Shown: positions 49,891 to 63,068, numbered from the whole stretch's first letter. The stretch is DNA of 63,068 nt, filler included, from Rhabdomonas costata (GCA_019059605.1; 19 parts of 19 records of this genome joined end to end with filler, not necessarily neighbours in it), one strand, 5' to 3'. The notes: a model not told the origin generated them from the letters alone. Translations and numbers: made by a program.

Positions 49891-52800
49891 AATATTGTTG
49901 GTATTGTGTTTTGATAAGTCTTCCACATATTTGGAGAAGGTGCAAAAAGAGACTGCAGAGCGACTGAATAGTAGATGTTAGCGAGTGGTAGAAGTATGTG
50001 GATGAATGCATTGCAGTGGATTTCAGATCAGTACAAGGACAGAGGAAAGAGAATGCAGAAATCACGAATATTGTTGGTATTCTGGAGCATGGAAGAGTTG
50101 AGATGGCTGAGCTATGAAGGAGTTGAACAAGTGGAGGATTCTTGCCCAGGGATCTCCACAGTTACAGACCATGAGTACCATTCCACCAGTGTTGGGGGAT
50201 CATGGCATGGTATGTAATGGAGGTGGTTGAGCATATACAGGGATCGGTTCTGATTTCAGAACGGGAGAATATCAAGGTGTTGCTTAATGAGGTTCTGAGG
50301 AGGAAGCTTCTTTCCAGAGAATTGGTGTCCCAACTTCCAGAGACGAGGCAGTAGGTGAAGTATGTCCCTCGGGCCCCGAAGCCCCCACCACACCCACCAG
50401 TTGCAGATACGTTGGGAGAGATTTTTCACAGCTGATGATGGGTAGGTGACCTTTGGTGGAACCTCCAAGAGGATGTAATGTATAGCAAGGGACAAGAAAC
50501 ACAATGAAGGTGGTGTCCAGAGCCACTCCCTCGGATTACACAGAGAGTGCAGTTCCCAAGTTCCCAGGCGGCTCCATACAGTTCCAAAGTTGAGACCAGC
50601 GTTGGTACAGCATTCTGTTGCGGAAACAAAGAGGAGTCTTGGCGGTGCAACTGGCGCAGTCTATGATCATACGTTGGCAAGAACCAGTTCCGGCTAAGGT
50701 TTCCAAGCAAACGCCAATCCAGACGACCACTATTTAAGTGATTTCCACATGCAACAGGACGTCATCATCCACATCCACATGCTGGAGCGGTCGAGAAAGT
50801 TGGTGAGAAGACTCGGACTGTAGTGTTTTGCGACCCTTCAGAGGTAAGTTGGGTTTGGGGAAGTGGTGGAATGGAAGGTGGATTGACAGTGGTGGGGAGC
50901 CACACCACCAGCCACGTCTTTCACAGTTACACATGCCTGACCATCAAGATCATCCATGTCAGTACCCAGTGAGGTAGTTGAGACGCCCAAACCATCCACA
51001 GTTCCAGAGTCAGACCCAATTGTAAAGTAAATGGACAGCAGACCACTTACAGAAGGATCATTGCCCAAAACTAATGATGCAGAGTATTGGGAGGCTTTGC
51101 GTTGGTTGGTTCCATGGGATATCTTTTCACGAAGACTACATACATTTCCATATCAGTACAATATTCCTCCACAGACCAAGTACAAAGTTGAGAGGCGTTT
51201 CATATGGTTGCATGGTTTGAAGACCCATCCACATAGGGCGATGGATTTACAGACTAAGGCGTTTCTGAGGAGAGATCGCAGAAATGAGTTCCATACAGAG
51301 ATTAATGCAGAGTCGTTTCTAGCCACAGCAGTTGAGCTGAGAGCGCTGTTGGATTCGTTGAGTTTCAGTGGAGTGAAGGAACGGCAGTTGCGTAATGAGA
51401 CTAACAGGCTCCAGGCGTTGTTGAATGTTCTCTCTCCAGACACTATAGTTTGCTATTCCTCCAAAGTTCCAGATTATTACAGAGTAGCGCGGTTTGTGAG
51501 ATATTCTACAGAGAATGGACATATCAGATCCGTTTACAGGTGTCGCAATGAGGATAAGTTGTCCGTGCTCTACGCGTTGGTGCCCATGCTTAGAACCAAT
51601 GGTGATTCGCCCAGTCCAGACACGTATGTGTTTTGTGCAGACGCCATCCTGGTAGTTCCACCCGAGTGAAATGCCAGGTTGAGATAATTGCAGGGCATGA
51701 TTCCAGAGGTGCGCAACTTAGAAGAAGCTCAAGAGTCTATTAATTCTCCACAGTACTAATGGTGGGTGATGTTCTTGCATACTTTGGACATAGTTATAAT
51801 GGTTATAGACCAGAGTTTGGAGTTGTTGCAGAATCCAGAGAGGCTTGCAGATGATATGGCGGTGTTAGCTTTTCGGAGATTGCGAGAGCGTGGTGTTACG
51901 ACCAGTTGTTGCTCCAACAAGACACCCTGATGTTGTTGCAGTGGATGAGAGAGTATGTTTTCGAGTCTTTGGAGGTTACATGGCTTGTTACGAAGGAGGC
52001 GATGTTGAAGGCTCATAAGAAGATGAGTTTCTGGAACTTCGAGACCGTTTCAGATGGTTCGTCGGACGTGGACACCAACGTCCCGTATCAGTATGCAAAG
52101 GGAGTGGAGTACAGAGATGATTATGCGGAGCGGAGTCAATGGGAATCAATTTGAATGGATTTTGTTTCCATGCCTAGGAGGTGTGATGATTCCAGAGGAG
52201 TATGACCTGGAAGCTGAGGACGAAGCGTTCACAGACGCAGAGCTTCCAGAATTGGACAAGGTCGTAGCTGCCAAACCAGAGCAGTACCATACCCGTTCAG
52301 AGCCAGATCTGGAGGAGGTAAGTGAAGACGTCTCAGAGAGTAGATAGCCAGAGCCTTACGTTGAACCACATTTGAGAGGAAAGTGGATGAAAGATCTGTA
52401 AATTACGCAGTTCAATGGCCCACAGTGGTGTCTTCTAATACATTGAGAGTGCATTTTGAGGATTTTCCACAGGGTGTGAAGGATCAGGAAGGTTCACAGG
52501 ATGATGCTTACGGAGAGGTAATGTTACGTCCAATTGTGAGACGTGCCATTTGTCCAGAGTTTGGTGCGGAATAAGAAGTGAAGTTAGAGCCGACGATTTT
52601 CATAGCGTTGTGTTACAATTTGGTGGTGACACCTTGCATTAACATCATCAACTACCGAGGTATTTTACAGTAGATTAGCTGGATACAGATGCATTGTTCC
52701 ATAATGCTTTTGCTTTTGGGTGGAGTCCAGATGTGTGCCTGTACGCCAACCCGCCGTGGAGCGTCATCGCTCACACGCTGGCGAAAGCATGTTGGGAGAA

Positions 52801-52940
52801 ATATCGGGTGATGCTGGTGACTCCAGAGTGGCCACATGCATTGTGGTACTCGACGCTGAAGGAGCTGACTGTGCGAAGCAAGCGTTTGAATGGAAGGTTG
52901 TACCTTGATTCCTCAGGACGTTGGAGGTCAAAGCCTTTCT
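49891..52940 (+). mobile_element. Decayed retroelement-like sequence ending in a Dam-like adenine methyltransferase
   Basis: Weak integrase-tail-like relic at 49891-50200, broken ORFs, an acidic linker, then the MTase. No introns, and composition differs from host genes. Confidence 0.55.
52570..52936 (+). pseudogene. DIRS-type Dam-like DNA adenine methyltransferase domain (decayed)
   Basis: QLPRYF..*..DALFHNAFAFGW....LYANPPWSVIAHTL.K......MLVTPEWP.ALWY..L. NPPW is amino-MTase motif IV. A frameshift and a stop lie upstream. Confidence 0.8.
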
Positions 52941-52945
52941 TACGC

Positions 52946-53107
52946 TGTGGGAAGACAGTTGGAAGGAGTGTAGTCAGTTGGTTTCCACATAGGTGGGTTA
53001 GGGTGTGTTTTCCACAAGTGGTTAAGTGTAGTAGATGGTGTAAAATACACCCTAACCCACCTATGTGGAAACCAACTGACTACACTCCTTCCAACTGTCT
53101 TCCCACA
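52946..53107. repeat. 66-bp inverted repeat (1 mismatch) with a 30-nt loop
   Basis: 52946-53011 vs 53042-53107. It begins right where the MTase similarity stops. Confidence 0.9.
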
Positions 53108-56100
53108 ACACNNNNNNNNNNNNNNNNNNNNNNNNNNNNNNNNNNNNNNNNNNNNTTAATTAATTAANNNNNNNNNNNNNNNNNNNNNNNNNNNNNNNNN
53201 NNNNNNNNNNNGAGCTTATTGGTCAGTATTCTAACCCACCATCGGCGTTTTTTCAGTTTTGGGACTGTGTTTTTGTGATGAAGGGACTGTGTATTTGTAG
53301 GTGGAATATGTGTATTTCTTCTCCTTGTTGATGGGATAGCTTGCCAGATTGACAAATATGCTTTAAAACTGAAATTTCCATAAACATCCATTTTATTTGT
53401 CTCAGAAACAGACCGCCCAAGTGGACGTTGTCGTGCCCCATGTGTGCGAATTCTCCGACTTGGGATCGAGTGTAGCCCTTTCCATTCTTAAACTACCACT
53501 TTGGTCTGAGGACCAATTCAAGGGGATCTTGGTCATTTGTCATCCTCGATTCAACTGGGTGACGTGGTCACATCATATACCGCTTCTAAAATACGAGGGC
53601 CAATAAATATTAACGTAAAATAGGACCTGACCTGTTTTCCCGCAATGAAACGGTCCTTGTGACCTTCGCTCGCTTGTTGAACCGTTTTTCTTATTTACAG
53701 AGTCGTCACAGGTCATGCTCAGAGGGATCAAAGACGCTTATATCTTAGCCATCTTCCTATAACACCATATCCGGCACGCAACGAAGAAAGAAGCGGCGAG
53801 GAGTAAGACAAAACTTTTTTCAGGAAAAGGTTCTGTCACACAGATGTTTTCCACCACACAAATCTAGGGCTTTGCATTTCGTCAATGTTCTCGGCCTCAT
53901 CCGACCGCTTTTTCCATGGCGTAGTCGGCTTTGCCGGAGCTATTTAAGAGCTGGCCGTTTCAGGTTGGCGTTTATCCTGAACTTTAGGCCGCGCCAAATC
54001 AGGGACAGGGTCGGAATAAAAGTGCAAGAGGCCATCCTGGTGGAATTGCCCCCAATCCCATAAACATTTAACGCGGGACATAAGCGAAAATAATGTGGAA
54101 CTTTTTCAGGGCAGCTATTCCCGCCGGCAGGTAGTGTGGGCTTCAACTAGCGGGCGGTAACTTTTAAAAATAGGGCCCTTCTTCACCTTCTCCAATTACG
54201 CGTTTTTTGGTTGATAAAGGTTGTCGGGGTTGCTTGGGAAGTCATTCGGCGGGTTGAAGCAGCAATCATGGCAGTCATGGGGGCGGGCTAGCGGCGGCTT
54301 TTTGTTGCCGCAGCAGTTGAAGGCGGAAGCCGGATAACTGGTTAGCGCTTTGGCTTGGGCATGCTTTTGGACCCAAAGGAAATGGATTTGGATTCGGACC
54401 CAGAGGAATGGTGCACAAGTGTGCTCAAGGTTGACGGGTATAAAGAACGTGAAACGAAAATCCATGAACTGAAATCTAAGGAAACACTGTGAACGAAGGG
54501 CCACTGCTAAAAGGTGGAAAAATCGGAATGGACTGTGGGGTAACTCTGATCAACTGCGGCGCCACCACAACGGGTCAAACAGAGAATAAGTGTCATAGAA
54601 TAGACAAATGTCATGTTGACACTGTACACCGTTGTACACCAGACACCAGAAGATTTCGGATACCTCCGTGGGACAACAGCAAAGGGACCCCTGTAAACGA
54701 AAAATGGTCACCCTGACGTCAGTAGGAAGCGCTCTTCAGGTAGGCCTGTCGCCATTACGCGAGCTGTTCTGGCTTTCTTGCCTTTGGCATCTGCACTTTT
54801 CACCACGACAACAACCCCCTATCACCTCTCTCGAAATGGTGGATTTCCGCCAAGGGAGGCCAGTACTCCTGAAAAGGTTACACAAACGTACCATAAAAGA
54901 GCGACAGTACAACCTGCCCCTGCACACTTGTTGTGTGGTAGTCACATGAGGCTGACGAGCCTCTACAGATGGAAAATCGAAGATTAGCGAAAAATAAGAA
55001 AGGGCAATCGACACTTGCGGGCAAGTAGGCAGCAGTGCAGGCCCACTGCCCGTCAATGAATGCCAGCTTGGGTTCGGGGGGGGGGGGGAATGGCGTGCAG
55101 CCTTCGCACCGATGCAGCCTCCGTATCAAGTACACGGCGCTTCCCACATATAACCAGCCCAAACTATGGACCATCAGGCTTGCAGGCCGTCGCAGCTCAG
55201 CAACTGAGCACAGAACGTACGGCTCCACCACCAGACGTGCTATGGGGTCCGTTTCTCCGGCGCATCGTTCGTGGAGGTCGCCGTGACTGCTCTGCCAAAA
55301 GGGTTCTGGGTAGTTGCTATCGCCGCAGCGGCCACTGCTGCAGCAGCGGCTTGTTGAATGGTACGTATGTCCGCGTCAATCTCTTCTCCTCGCAGGGTTA
55401 AGGTGACCTCCAGCCCTGTGGTATGAAAGACAAATACCCGCCGCTTGCCCGAGCAACCCATGTCTGCAATCGAATCCGCATCCTTCGCGGAAAGCTCACG
55501 CCAGCCGCATCAAACAATGTGACTCTATCTCAGCGTCAAAAGAAAACGTCAACGCCGAGATTATGCGTAAATGACCTTACAATTAACTCGCAACGCTCGC
55601 CGACCGCATACCGCCGACTGTTTTTTCTACCAATACATAAAACGCACCACACTCCTGACAGCAAACCTTTCCGGAAAGCGGGCGAGGTCACCACCCGCCT
55701 GCGGGCAGCAGGATCGGCAAGCAAGTCAATCCCTGAGGCCGTCGTCCAGCCTTCTCGGGACGCAGCCACTGCGGCACCGGGCACACTGCCCCGGGTCAAC
55801 AGGGGAGAGGGCCCCCTTCGTGGCAGCCGAGTGGGCCCACAAAAAGCCTTCGGCGGAGGAATGCCATCCTCTGTGCCAAGACATGGGGATGGTGCAGGTT
55901 TTTTCAGGGGGGCGGTTCAACACTTAACACGAGTCACGGACGAAAACTTAAACCTCAAAATATCCGCATCCACGGGACCCGTGGAACAGTACCTGACACG
56001 TAAAATAACATCATCCACATGCACATCTAATTCAACCCGCAGATACACTTTCCTAACTCGCCATGCTCAAAAAACCGAAAAATAACTACCACACGTTTAG

Positions 56101-57344
56101 GGCATTACACGTGCGGACGTCAATTTTTTCGCATGACCCCCCACCCCCGGGGAACGCCCCGCTTCATCTTTCCACTCCAGTCGCGGCCTCGGCACCGATA
56201 ATAATGTTATCCCAATCGACGCAAAAATCCCAAAACGGTTACACCGTTGACCGCCTTGACGCTCTAACCCCTTCTCCAAATTCAACTGTCCCACAGGCCC
56301 TCGACGGCATAAGCGCCGGGGAACTTCCTTTAAAGAAGTTCCTTCGTTTTTCCGATTCCAAGGCACTGGTGTGGAAATCGGGTTTTGGCTCTGATCGCAT
56401 CCGACCGTAGAAAAGCGCAACCATATTATCANNNNNNNNNNNNNNNNNNNNNNNNNNNNNNNNNNNNNNNNNNNNTTAATTAATTAANNNNNNNNNNNNN
56501 NNNNNNNNNNNNNNNNNNNNNNNNNNNNNNNGTGGTTGTGTAGAGGGCGCTCCTTGCTGGCGGCTTCATCGTTGCTGGTGTTGCACAATTTCTGCGGTGC
56601 GTGTACGTTTCTATGTCACTGTTGGTGTCGCGTTTGTAACCACTCTTGCCTTGACATTGCATGTAAATACGTGCCGTGCTTCTGCGTTGTTCAGCGGCAA
56701 GAGTTACCCTTCCGCGGCTGCTCTTGCCCCCTGTGCAGAGTGCAATGACTGTTTGCCGTGCCCAATGCTCCAATGCTCTGTGACTTTTTCTCTCATTCCA
56801 GCCAGTCGTTTTTGTTGATCCTCAGTTGCGTCCAAAAATATTTCATTTACTTTTGCGTTTTCAGTTGCAAGCGATGCTTAATCTTAAATATTTGAGGCAG
56901 GACGTGTGGTATTCAATGCAGCAACAAGAAGGCCACCAGAAAACTCGAGAAGGGATGCAAGTGCAGTGTAGCTAGGATTCTAACAGGTGTTGTTTGCCGA
57001 ATGGACACGCGGAAAGGGCCGAAGAAATGGACAGCTAGGGGTCAGCGGGGAAACACATACATGCAGAAACGAAGCTGATATCAACGTAGCACGGAAGCTG
57101 TTAATAAATTACACTGGGACTGGAAGGGCAGGGATGCAATGGAAAAGCAGGTGGAGCCGCACACGCAGGCTCTGAGACGTGAGTAGCGAAACGAAGGAGG
57201 GCTTGCAACCGAAGTTGGAAATTTGTTGCGTTGTGTCGAAGTTTTTGCAGCCGCTTGCCTCTCTATTGGTTTTCTCGCGCCCTTGTTTGCCATCTGTGTG
57301 TTCTCGGAAAAGTCCCGTCATTTTATTTTTGGCGTCACGCGAAA

Positions 57345-59237
57345 ATGGAAGAGAGCATCTACAACCTCATCCCGCGGCCTGCGGAGCAGTTCACAAAGCC
57401 GCCGATGTACCGCTCCAAGCATAACGCGAGGATGCCCCCGTCCTGCTCCTCGATTGGGCTCTCGGGCACAACCAAACGTTCTCCCCCCCCCCCCCATGTC
57501 ACTTGGGGAGTGTGCTGGGGTTTTATGCTATACTAGGATTTAGACATCTGCGAGAGTCCTTTGAGCGAAATAGCTCATTCTTGAAGAAACACCAGTATTC
57601 AATATTCGTGAAGGATCCGTATTAGTTTGATCGTATCCGGAGTGCGCAGCGTGAAAAGTTGACTTCTTGTCTCGACGACGTAATGCAATGGTCGGTAAAA
57701 GTTAAAGTTAAGGTAAAAGCTTATCATATGCAGCAAGCAAAGTACTGGGATAGGGGGACTTTGCAACCACAGAGACTCCCCTGTTTTTTTCTTTATTCGT
57801 TTTAGTTACGAGCAACGAGAGTGGCTCGGACCAGTGCGTCGATGGCGCCGCTGCGGCGACGTACTCGGCGCGGAGGCCCCACGCCACCTTTGGCAAGGAG
57901 CTTCTGGGCTCGATCAGCCCGCAAGACTACCTGAAGAAGCGCGTGCGCACCTTGCCCCCTATTAGTGAAGGTGCTCAGGCGGTGCTTTGCGGTTGAAGCT
58001 TTACGTCTATTTGTGGGCATACTTTACTAATTTCGTGCCCAGTAAAATGAGTTGTTTGCACCCGAAGTGCACACATAAAAATATCTCAAACGATACTGAC
58101 GATTTGCTGGCAGAATCTAACGTTAGTATTGAAAGATTGAGGTGGAGGAGAATACCAGCAGTACATCGCACAATTTTCGTCTACATCAGTGTTCCAAATG
58201 GTTTGGTTTCACTATGCAATGGGTCCTTGAGTTGTGTTGGTGGATGAGTGGATCGGTTGTGACACGGGGTGGGCCTTCAGTGCACAAGTTTCAGCGCTCG
58301 GTGGTTTCACCAACCCGGCCCCCGGTGCCCAAGATGAGCGAGAAACCTGTGATGGGGCTCGTGGCGGAGAAGAACTTCATCGTGTCGAACGCCGTGGACA
58401 ACATCCTTGCAGGTTGGCCCCCCCCCTCCCCCAGACCAATGTGGGTGTGCGTAGAGCTTTCTGAGGGGTCCGGATATTTTCTTTTTGGGGCAGGGGGTGT
58501 TAAACGAAAACCTCGTTGTACGGTAAAAACGGTCGGTGTTACACGTTGAAAGAGGAAACTAAACCAAAGGGGCCTTCCTTGACACCATTCGATTTCACGT
58601 GTATCGCGACGTAGGATTGAAATGCGCCTGATTCACCCGCTCCGGTTGGAGCGCGGACTGGATTCCGTCCTTTTCATTTGCCAAACCCCAGCAAAATCTG
58701 CGTTACCACAACCCGTCATCACATTCTCTGCTGTGGCGCGTTCACAGTGCGATGGGTGGGGAGGGGGGGTCGACCCAGTGCCAAAGAAGACGGCGAAGCC
58801 GATGCCCCTGTTTGTGAACTCCGCATCCTTCGGCAAGCCCCCGAAATACCTGCAGAAGATCAAGCACCAGATCGAGAGCGAGTATGCCCTGATCACTGAG
58901 GCCAACAAACAGCAGGTTTGGGCACGCTCCTGTGTGTTTTTGCTTGCGAACGCGTGTTTCGAGCTTTGTTAACACTGTGCACGCGGCAGGTGTGCAAACA
59001 TTTGGGTTTCATTGTGGGAATGGGGCACGCGCTCGTGCAGAGAAGAAAGCTGGCTGTTGGTTTTGGAGGGTCTTTTGCTCGCGTGTGTAAGGCTGCTGGA
59101 GAGGTCCAGCGAATGCGGCTGATGACGGAGGCCGAGCGGGACGAGATCGTCAGTGGGCTGAAGAAGAAGTGGGATGACACCCACAAGCAGTACCAGTCCC
59201 TCACCTTCAACATTGACACCGTCACAAAAGTCCAGAG
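57345..59237 (+). CDS. ENKUR: Enkurin (flagellar calmodulin-binding protein), first 5 exons
   Basis: Exons 57345-57477, 57806-57970, 58281-58412, 58779-58915 and 59092-59237, in phase. EESIYNLIP...KPPMYRSK; KPVMGL..EKNFIV.NA; FGK.PKYL.KIK; ER.E...GLKKKW....KQYQ.L...IDT. Confidence 0.93.
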
Positions 59238-60423
59238 GTGTACCACCAACCCCAACCCCAACCGCGAAGTGCCTGTGGTCGCCCCTGCGCCCTGTGATTC
59301 TGCAGTCTCTTCATGCCCGCCTTCGGTGGTGCGTGGCTAGATGCATCTAGTTCTAGGTCTCCATTTTGCCTATGCTATTTTTTATGTTATAGCGGCAGTG
59401 GTTATTTTGCAGCGTGGTTCGAATGCAGGGGTCTTTTTTATCAGTCCCTAAGTCAAAGAGGAAAAATTTCCTGATGTGGTGTCAATATCACGTGAAAAAC
59501 AACCGTGATATTGACACCACATCAGGAAACTTTTTTGACTTAGGGACTAATTTTTTTTTGCTTATTAGCTTGTTTAATTCTTGTTTGTTTGACCAAATGG
59601 TCAGTTATATTTTAACCACGGAAATTTGCCGTTTTCTTTTTCGATTTTCTTTCTGCGCGCCCTCCAAAACAATAGTGATGCAAAAAATCTTGGCTGCATA
59701 CATTTTTGGGATGTGGTTGCACTCCCTGGGAAAATTCCCCCCCCACCNNNNNNNNNNNNNNNNNNNNNNNNNNNNNNNNNNNNNNNNNNNNTTAATTAAT
59801 TAANNNNNNNNNNNNNNNNNNNNNNNNNNNNNNNNNNNNNNNNNNNNGGTGGGGGGTGAAGATCGCTTCTTCGTGGCACCCTGTGAGGGAGAGAACATAA
59901 GAGAGCGGATGTTCGAAGAAGGAAGAAGAAATCGGTCAAAAGCCGCTCAAAAACCGCTTTTTTCTTCCACCTTTTTCTACCTCTTCCCCCCATTCTGCGT
60001 CTTTGTAACTGTGTTGCCTTGGGAACAGGGAATGCGTGTGTGTGTGTGTGTGTGTGTTTGTGTACGTTTCAAATGGGCTAGATCTGACATGTATCTGTAT
60101 GTGTGTATGTGTGCGCGCGCGCCCGCTTGTCCCAGTTGGCGAATACTTAATCGGATGCTTGCTTAGAACAAGCCGGGGAGAAGGGAGGGAAAGGAAGCAA
60201 AGGCAGGATCAGATGACAATCGACGCTACATTTTTACGCCAGTGAGACGATAAAACAGAGCAAAGATCATAAAAACAAGCACAACACTGACAAGAAGCAA
60301 AGAGAGTGTTTTGCAAGGAAGGGGAACGAGGGCATAGCATGCGAGTAAAACACATCGCTGTTTTGAAGGTCTTTCTTCCTCCAAAGGACGTTCCTCCAAA
60401 GGAATACGCACGCAAAAACACAC

Positions 60424-61169
60424 CGCAGTTCGCAAGCCACTGGAAACCAGCCGGCAAGCTGGGGGGCTTCTCCGGGTCCTCCGTTGAGCCCCCAAAGTCC
60501 ACCGCCACGCGGGCGTCTTTTGTGAGGATGTGCGGGAACAGCGGGACCCCGCGCAGCCAGCTGGGCACGGTGAAGGCCACACCTGGGAGCAGAAGCAGAC
60601 ACCGCCCGCCGTTCTGTGTTTCCCAACCCAACCCAGCCCACTATCAGGCCGCTTGACGGTCTGTGAAGCGAACACTTATAACCACTTAGCCGCACCCCAC
60701 ACTATTTCATGTCACATCTGAGACAACAAAAACTTTCACAATCAAACAGACGGCAAACAGACTTATCACCGGTCATAATTAGTGCGCGTCGCCGTACTGG
60801 GAACATCGTTAGAGTACGAATGACGGGAGGAAAATGACATGATTACAAAGCTAGGACCCTGCAAGTGTTTTCAGATATAAGAGGGACCTCAAAAGGACGC
60901 AACACGCATGACGACAGTGACAGAAATCGCACTGAGATGGCATTTAGAGAAGTGATATGCCAGGCAACCTTTGCATAAAGAAGGCGGCAGGATGCAAAGA
61001 AAGGCATGCATGTGCAGAAAACCTTGGTCACGGCCATTGACGTGGAAACCAATAGTTCCCGCTGGGCCATCGTACAGTGAAGTTACGACGTCCCCTGCGA
61101 GCAAACACAGTCGGGGCATGTGTGAGTTACCATTTTTGAGTTGTGCACCTGACGACGTTTGTCTTTTTG

Positions 61170-61208
<39 letters not shown>

Positions 61209-62217
61209 GTTCGCACAACCCAAACCGAACTTTTGTACTCCTGCTGCAGGTTGTCGACCTGTTAATGTTGGGCTGAACAGTTTCTGAAGAAAGAAAAAAA
61301 TGGGGGGCTCAAAAACACCCCAAAATGGCTCTTAAATGGCCTAAGGGGTCTGTAAATCGAAGCATTCCGGCCCACTCTTGTGCCAGCATCAACTACTCCT
61401 GAGCTCTACCCTTAGACCCTTAGGCATCCTAATCCGGTGACAGCATCAAGTACTCCTGAGCTCTACCCTTAGGCATCCTAAGCAGCCCAGCCTAAAGCTT
61501 AGGCTCAGCATGCAGGCCTGCAAAGTCCGAAGAGTGAAAATGCCGTTAAAAGGGCCAAAACAGGACCTTGAAGGGGTCATGTCTCGGTTAGAGAAGGAGT
61601 CCGAGGCCGGGAGCGGCCAAGCAACTCATCTCAGGAATACTACCATACTACCATACCGCCGAATATGAGTTGCAACCCGTCACTCCAGGTCGAGTTCTGC
61701 GGTCAATGTTAGGTCTCCGGACCGGTTCGGTCCGGAGTGACCATGGCGGATGTCAACAGCGAACAGGTAACGTTTTGGGCCGAAATATGTGGTCCTACCC
61801 CCTCCCCTTCCGATGAGGCCCACCACGACTGGTGATGGTCCGAAGGCCGGCTGAAGAGGCCAGATGGGCCCACCTGAGCGATAAGAGTGAGAACTGTCAT
61901 CATCGGGTTTCCTTCTGTGTGTGTGATCATGTCCTGGAGGTTTGTTCGGAGGTGTCATACTTTGCGTGCGTGCGCGAACGCCACATCAAAATGGAGTGTG
62001 CGTGTGCGTGTGAGAGAGGGAGCAGTACCCGCACGGAAGGGCACGCCATAGTCCGAGAACTGCCCCCCGGTGCTCTTCTTCCCCGTGGCGCCGTAACCAA
62101 AAGACTGCTCGCAGTGCCCCAGCTGCAGGGAGGCCCCGGAGGTGCCCCAGCCCACCCGGCACAGCGCCCCGGTCTCCACCCGTGCCACGAACGCCACCCT
62201 GGCTCCGACCCTACAGC
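60424..62217 (-). CDS. SPRY-domain protein (DDX1/hnRNP-U-type SPRY), 3 internal exons
   Basis: Exons 62217-62029, 61094-61023 and 60582-60424, all phase 1. LCRVGW.T..ASLQLG....SFGYGATGKKS..GQF.DYG.PF..GDVV....D....TI.F..NG.D.GVAF.VP..L....LFP.I..K. Confidence 0.8.
61384..61480 (+). repeat. Short imperfect tandem duplication (~40-49 bp) in an intron
   Basis: cagcatcaa(c/g)tactcctgagctctacccttag...gcatcctaa occurs twice. Confidence 0.8.
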
Positions 62218-63068
62218 CTGTGCCCAGACACCGCCACAAAACAAAAAAAATCCCAAAAGCTAAACAACAGGAACCACAAAAGAAGGACTCGTACGGTGAC
62301 CTACCAGAAGACAATGTCATGTGAGCAGCGTTCACGTGCTGTACGAAAGGAAGGGCAATAACACAGGAAAAAGGAAAAACTGTATGATCACACCAAAAAT
62401 ATTCATACCCTACAGATTGGGTGCAAGGGAAGGACTAATATACAGCGGCACAGAAACAGGAAGAAGAGGGGCAAAGGTGGGCCAGAAGACACGGCAGGCT
62501 TGATTTCTGTCTTTTCTTGCATAGTGCGACGATATAAGGCTCGCGAAGGCTCACTCTCTCCCCCAAATCCAAAAATAAAAGATTAAGATGAGAAAAAGAA
62601 ATGCATCATCGGCCGACGTAAACTCCCTCGCCTGTATCCTCCGCAGCCTGTATGAGGATGTATGGACCACCAACTGTGAACTCGTGGCTGCCTTTCCGTA
62701 CCAGCAGCCATTCGCGTTCAGACAAGCACTGGGTCTGAGCAATTTTCAGCATCTCTCTAAATGTGCGTGTGTGTAACACCTTTAATCGGTCAAGAGCCCC
62801 GCTTTACTGATGTTTCGCCACTTTCACCTTGCCTCACCTCACAGATCACATTACAAACTGTCTTTTGTGTTCCGGAACCATTTTCTTTTCTGTGTCCCTC
62901 CACCCCAATGTCTTCTGATGAGCCTACTCCGCAGCGTCGCCGTACGGAAGACCCGCCACCCAGCTGGGCCATCGGCCTTCTTGATCAAGTGAGACAGCTG
63001 CAGGAGCGCCTAGACGCGCTCTCCCTCTCAAACTCGCAACCACCGAGGGCCCTGACCTACCCCACACA

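Noticed and set aside
53870..55400. Faint MULE-transposase-like peptides (TFNAGHK, RLHKRTIKE)
   Set aside because: Too degenerate; the DDE residues cannot be assigned.

Overview
This is not one locus. It is a concatenation of 19 unrelated contigs of about 3.2 kb, joined by 100-nt artificial spacers (44 N + TTAATTAATTAA + 44 N). The source is an intron-rich eukaryote. It is probably a flagellated protist and possibly a euglenozoan; that placement is inference from protein similarity and is not proven. Hand-splicing recovers partial or complete genes for sulfite oxidase, RPL23A, an LRR surface protein, a TrpD-TrpC fusion, a bacterial-type serine hydrolase next to ARMC9, MTR4, proteasome alpha-4, an SNF1/AMPK kinase, an intronless ankyrin/ADP-ribosyltransferase/TPR protein, RNASEK, a TSP1 plus Cys-module repeat protein, enkurin and a SPRY protein. 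Mobile DNA includes a Helitron with an intron in its helicase, a non-LTR (REL) relic, and two decayed elements carrying a Dam-like N6-adenine methyltransferase outside the usual DIRS RT-RNaseH context. The ORF track misses several compact box C/D snoRNAs, duplicated or clustered, whose guides point to conserved LSU 2'-O-methyl sites. It also misses two GC-AG introns. All family calls come from motif recognition; no database search was run.
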